Source of the DNA: Treponemataceae bacterium
Lineage (GTDB): Bacteria; Spirochaetota; Spirochaetia; Treponematales; Rectinemataceae
DNA: 64,000 nt
Direction of reading: 5' to 3'
NCBI GenBank assembly: GCA_963678065.2
Contig: CAXXVZ010000002.1
Coordinates: forward strand, 352,001-416,000
In this document: positions 62,509 to 64,000 of the stretch, one piece after another
Position numbering within the stretch: the first letter of the stretch is position 1
Layout: the number at the start of each line of letters is the position of its first letter
The notes under the pieces: model-generated
Told to the model about the DNA's origin: nothing
What the model saw: the letters and a program-made list of their open reading frames with translations, nothing else
Database searches by the model: none
Position numbers and translations under genes: made by a program

Positions 62509-63978
62509 ATGAACTATTTCAATTCGCTGCCATTCCGCGCGGCGCTGACCCAGCTGGGGACCTGTCGCTTCATGGAGAAATCCGAGTTCGCGGACGGCGC
62601 CACGGCGCTCAAGGGCAAGAAAATCGTCATCGTCGGCTGCGGCGCCCAGGGGCTGAACCAGGGGCTGAACCTGCGGGACTCGGGCCTGGACGTCAGCTAC
62701 ACCCTGCGCCCCGAGGCGATCGCGCAGAAGCGCGCGTCCTGGCGGAACGCCACCGAGAACGGCTTCAGGGTGGGCACCTATGAGGAACTCATCCCGACCG
62801 CCGACCTCGTCGGCAACCTCACCCCGGACAAGCAGCACACGCCGGTCATCGGCGCCGTCATGCCGCTCATGAAAAAAGGCGCGGCGCTCTGGTACTCGCA
62901 CGGCTTCAATATCGTGGAAGAGGGCATGCAGATCCGGCCGGACATCACGGTCGTCATGATGGCGCCCAAGGGGCCAGGCACCGAGGTGCGCACCGAGTAC
63001 ACGCGCGGCTTCGGCATCCCCACCCTGATCGCGGTGCATCCCGAGAACGATCCCGAGGGCAAGGGCTGGGCGATCGCGAAGGCCCTCGCCTGCGGCACCG
63101 GCGGCGACAAGGCCGGCGTCCTCGCGTCGAGCTTCGTGGCCGAAGTCAAGTCCGACCTCATGGGCGAGCAGACCATTCTCTGCGGCATGCTCCAGACGGG
63201 AAGCCTCCTCTGCTTCGACAAGATGGTCGAGAAGGGCATCGCCCCCGGCTACGCCTCAAAAATCATCCAGTTCGGCTGGGAAACCGTCACCGAAGCCCTC
63301 AAGTTCGGCGGCATCACCGGCATGATGGACCGCCTCTCCAACCCGGCCAAACTCCGCGCCGTCGCCCTCGCCGACGAACTCAAAGCCATCATGAAGCCGC
63401 TCTATCTGAAGCACCAGGACGACATCATCTCCGGGAAGTTCAGCTCGACGATGATGGAAGACTGGAAGGCCGGCGACAAAGACCTCCTCGCCTGGCGCGA
63501 GGCCACCGGCGCCACCGCCTTCGAGACGACGAAGGCCGCTCCGGACGCGATCTCGGACCAGGAATACTTCAACAAGGGCACCCTCATGGTCGCCATGGTG
63601 AAAGCCGGCGTCGAGCTTGCCTTCGAAACTATGGTCGAGGCCGGAATCAAGCCGGAGAGCGCCTACTACGAGAGCCTCCACGAAGTCCCGCTCATCGCCA
63701 ACCTCATCGCGCGCAAGAAGCTCTACGAGATGAACAAGGTCATCTCGGACACCGCCGAATACGGCTGCTACCTCTTCGACAACGCCTGCCGCCCCCTGCT
63801 TTCGGGCTTCATGGCCAAGGTCGGGACGGACATCATCGGCGCGGGGCTGCAGTTCGCCGACTCAGGCGTCTCCAACCGCGAACTGGTGCGCGTCAACGAG
63901 GCCATCCGCAACCACCCGGTCGAAGTCGTCGGGCGCAAACTGCGCGCCTACATGACGGCGATGAAGCCGGTGAAGTGA
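62509..63978 (+). CDS. ilvC: Ketol-acid reductoisomerase, long (class II) form
   Basis: [48 protein letters not shown]; 489 aa. Confidence 0.97.
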   Translation: MNYFNSLPFRAALTQLGTCRFMEKSEFADGATALKGKKIVIVGCGAQGLNQGLNLRDSGLDVSYTLRPEAIAQKRASWRNATENGFRVGTYEELIPTADLVGNLTPDKQHTPVIGAVMPLMKKGAALWYSHGFNIVEEGMQIRPDITVVMMAPKGPGTEVRTEYTRGFGIPTLIAVHPENDPEGKGWAIAKALACGTGGDKAGVLASSFVAEVKSDLMGEQTILCGMLQTGSLLCFDKMVEKGIAPGYASKIIQFGWETVTEALKFGGITGMMDRLSNPAKLRAVALADELKAIMKPLYLKHQDDIISGKFSSTMMEDWKAGDKDLLAWREATGATAFETTKAAPDAISDQEYFNKGTLMVAMVKAGVELAFETMVEAGIKPESAYYESLHEVPLIANLIARKKLYEMNKVISDTAEYGCYLFDNACRPLLSGFMAKVGTDIIGAGLQFADSGVSNRELVRVNEAIRNHPVEVVGRKLRAYMTAMKPVK

Positions 63979-64000
63979 GTCCGAAGCCTCTGCCGCGCGG

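Noticed and set aside
86..63681. Many long overlapping or antisense ORFs (e.g. 8841-10472 +, 16262-17899 +, 44369-45904 +, 53913-55793 +)
   Set aside because: They shadow well-supported genes and have no family motifs; this is expected from high GC3 codon bias
1..64000. CRISPR arrays, tRNA/rRNA genes, integrases or transposases
   Set aside because: No regularly spaced repeats, cloverleaf-like sequences or recombinase/transposase motifs found by eye; tRNAscan-SE and an Rfam scan would be needed to exclude small RNAs

Overview
GC-rich bacterial chromosomal window, probably from a free-living diderm anaerobe such as a spirochaete (inference from gene content only). From left to right it holds: cstA; a six-gene two-component signalling cluster with no DNA-binding output (1.9-12 kb); an AEC-family transporter, a POTRA-less Omp85-like barrel and ackA; a mosaic ~20 kb metal(loid)/redox-stress region (~15.9-36.2 kb: P3A-type ATPase, three ArsR and one PadR regulators, four ArsP/DUF318-like permease genes, a thiol-redox module, a CDF exporter, ggt, arsRDA, acr3-rhodanese-arsC, a 344-bp partial arsC duplication, decayed genes); a sialic/nonulosonic-acid-like catabolic operon (family-5 ABC importer, two DHDPS-family lyases, GntR, AGE epimerase); a nucleoside ABC importer with hydrolase and LacI regulator; hisC; and ilvY/ilvC separated by a DUF2817 peptidase gene. 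The most striking observations are a circularly permuted family-5 solute-binding protein in the nan-like operon and an apparent duplicated IlvY operator on both sides of the gene between ilvY and ilvC. I saw no rRNA, tRNA, CRISPR array, transposase or integrase. All assignments come from motif recognition by eye; no database search was run.
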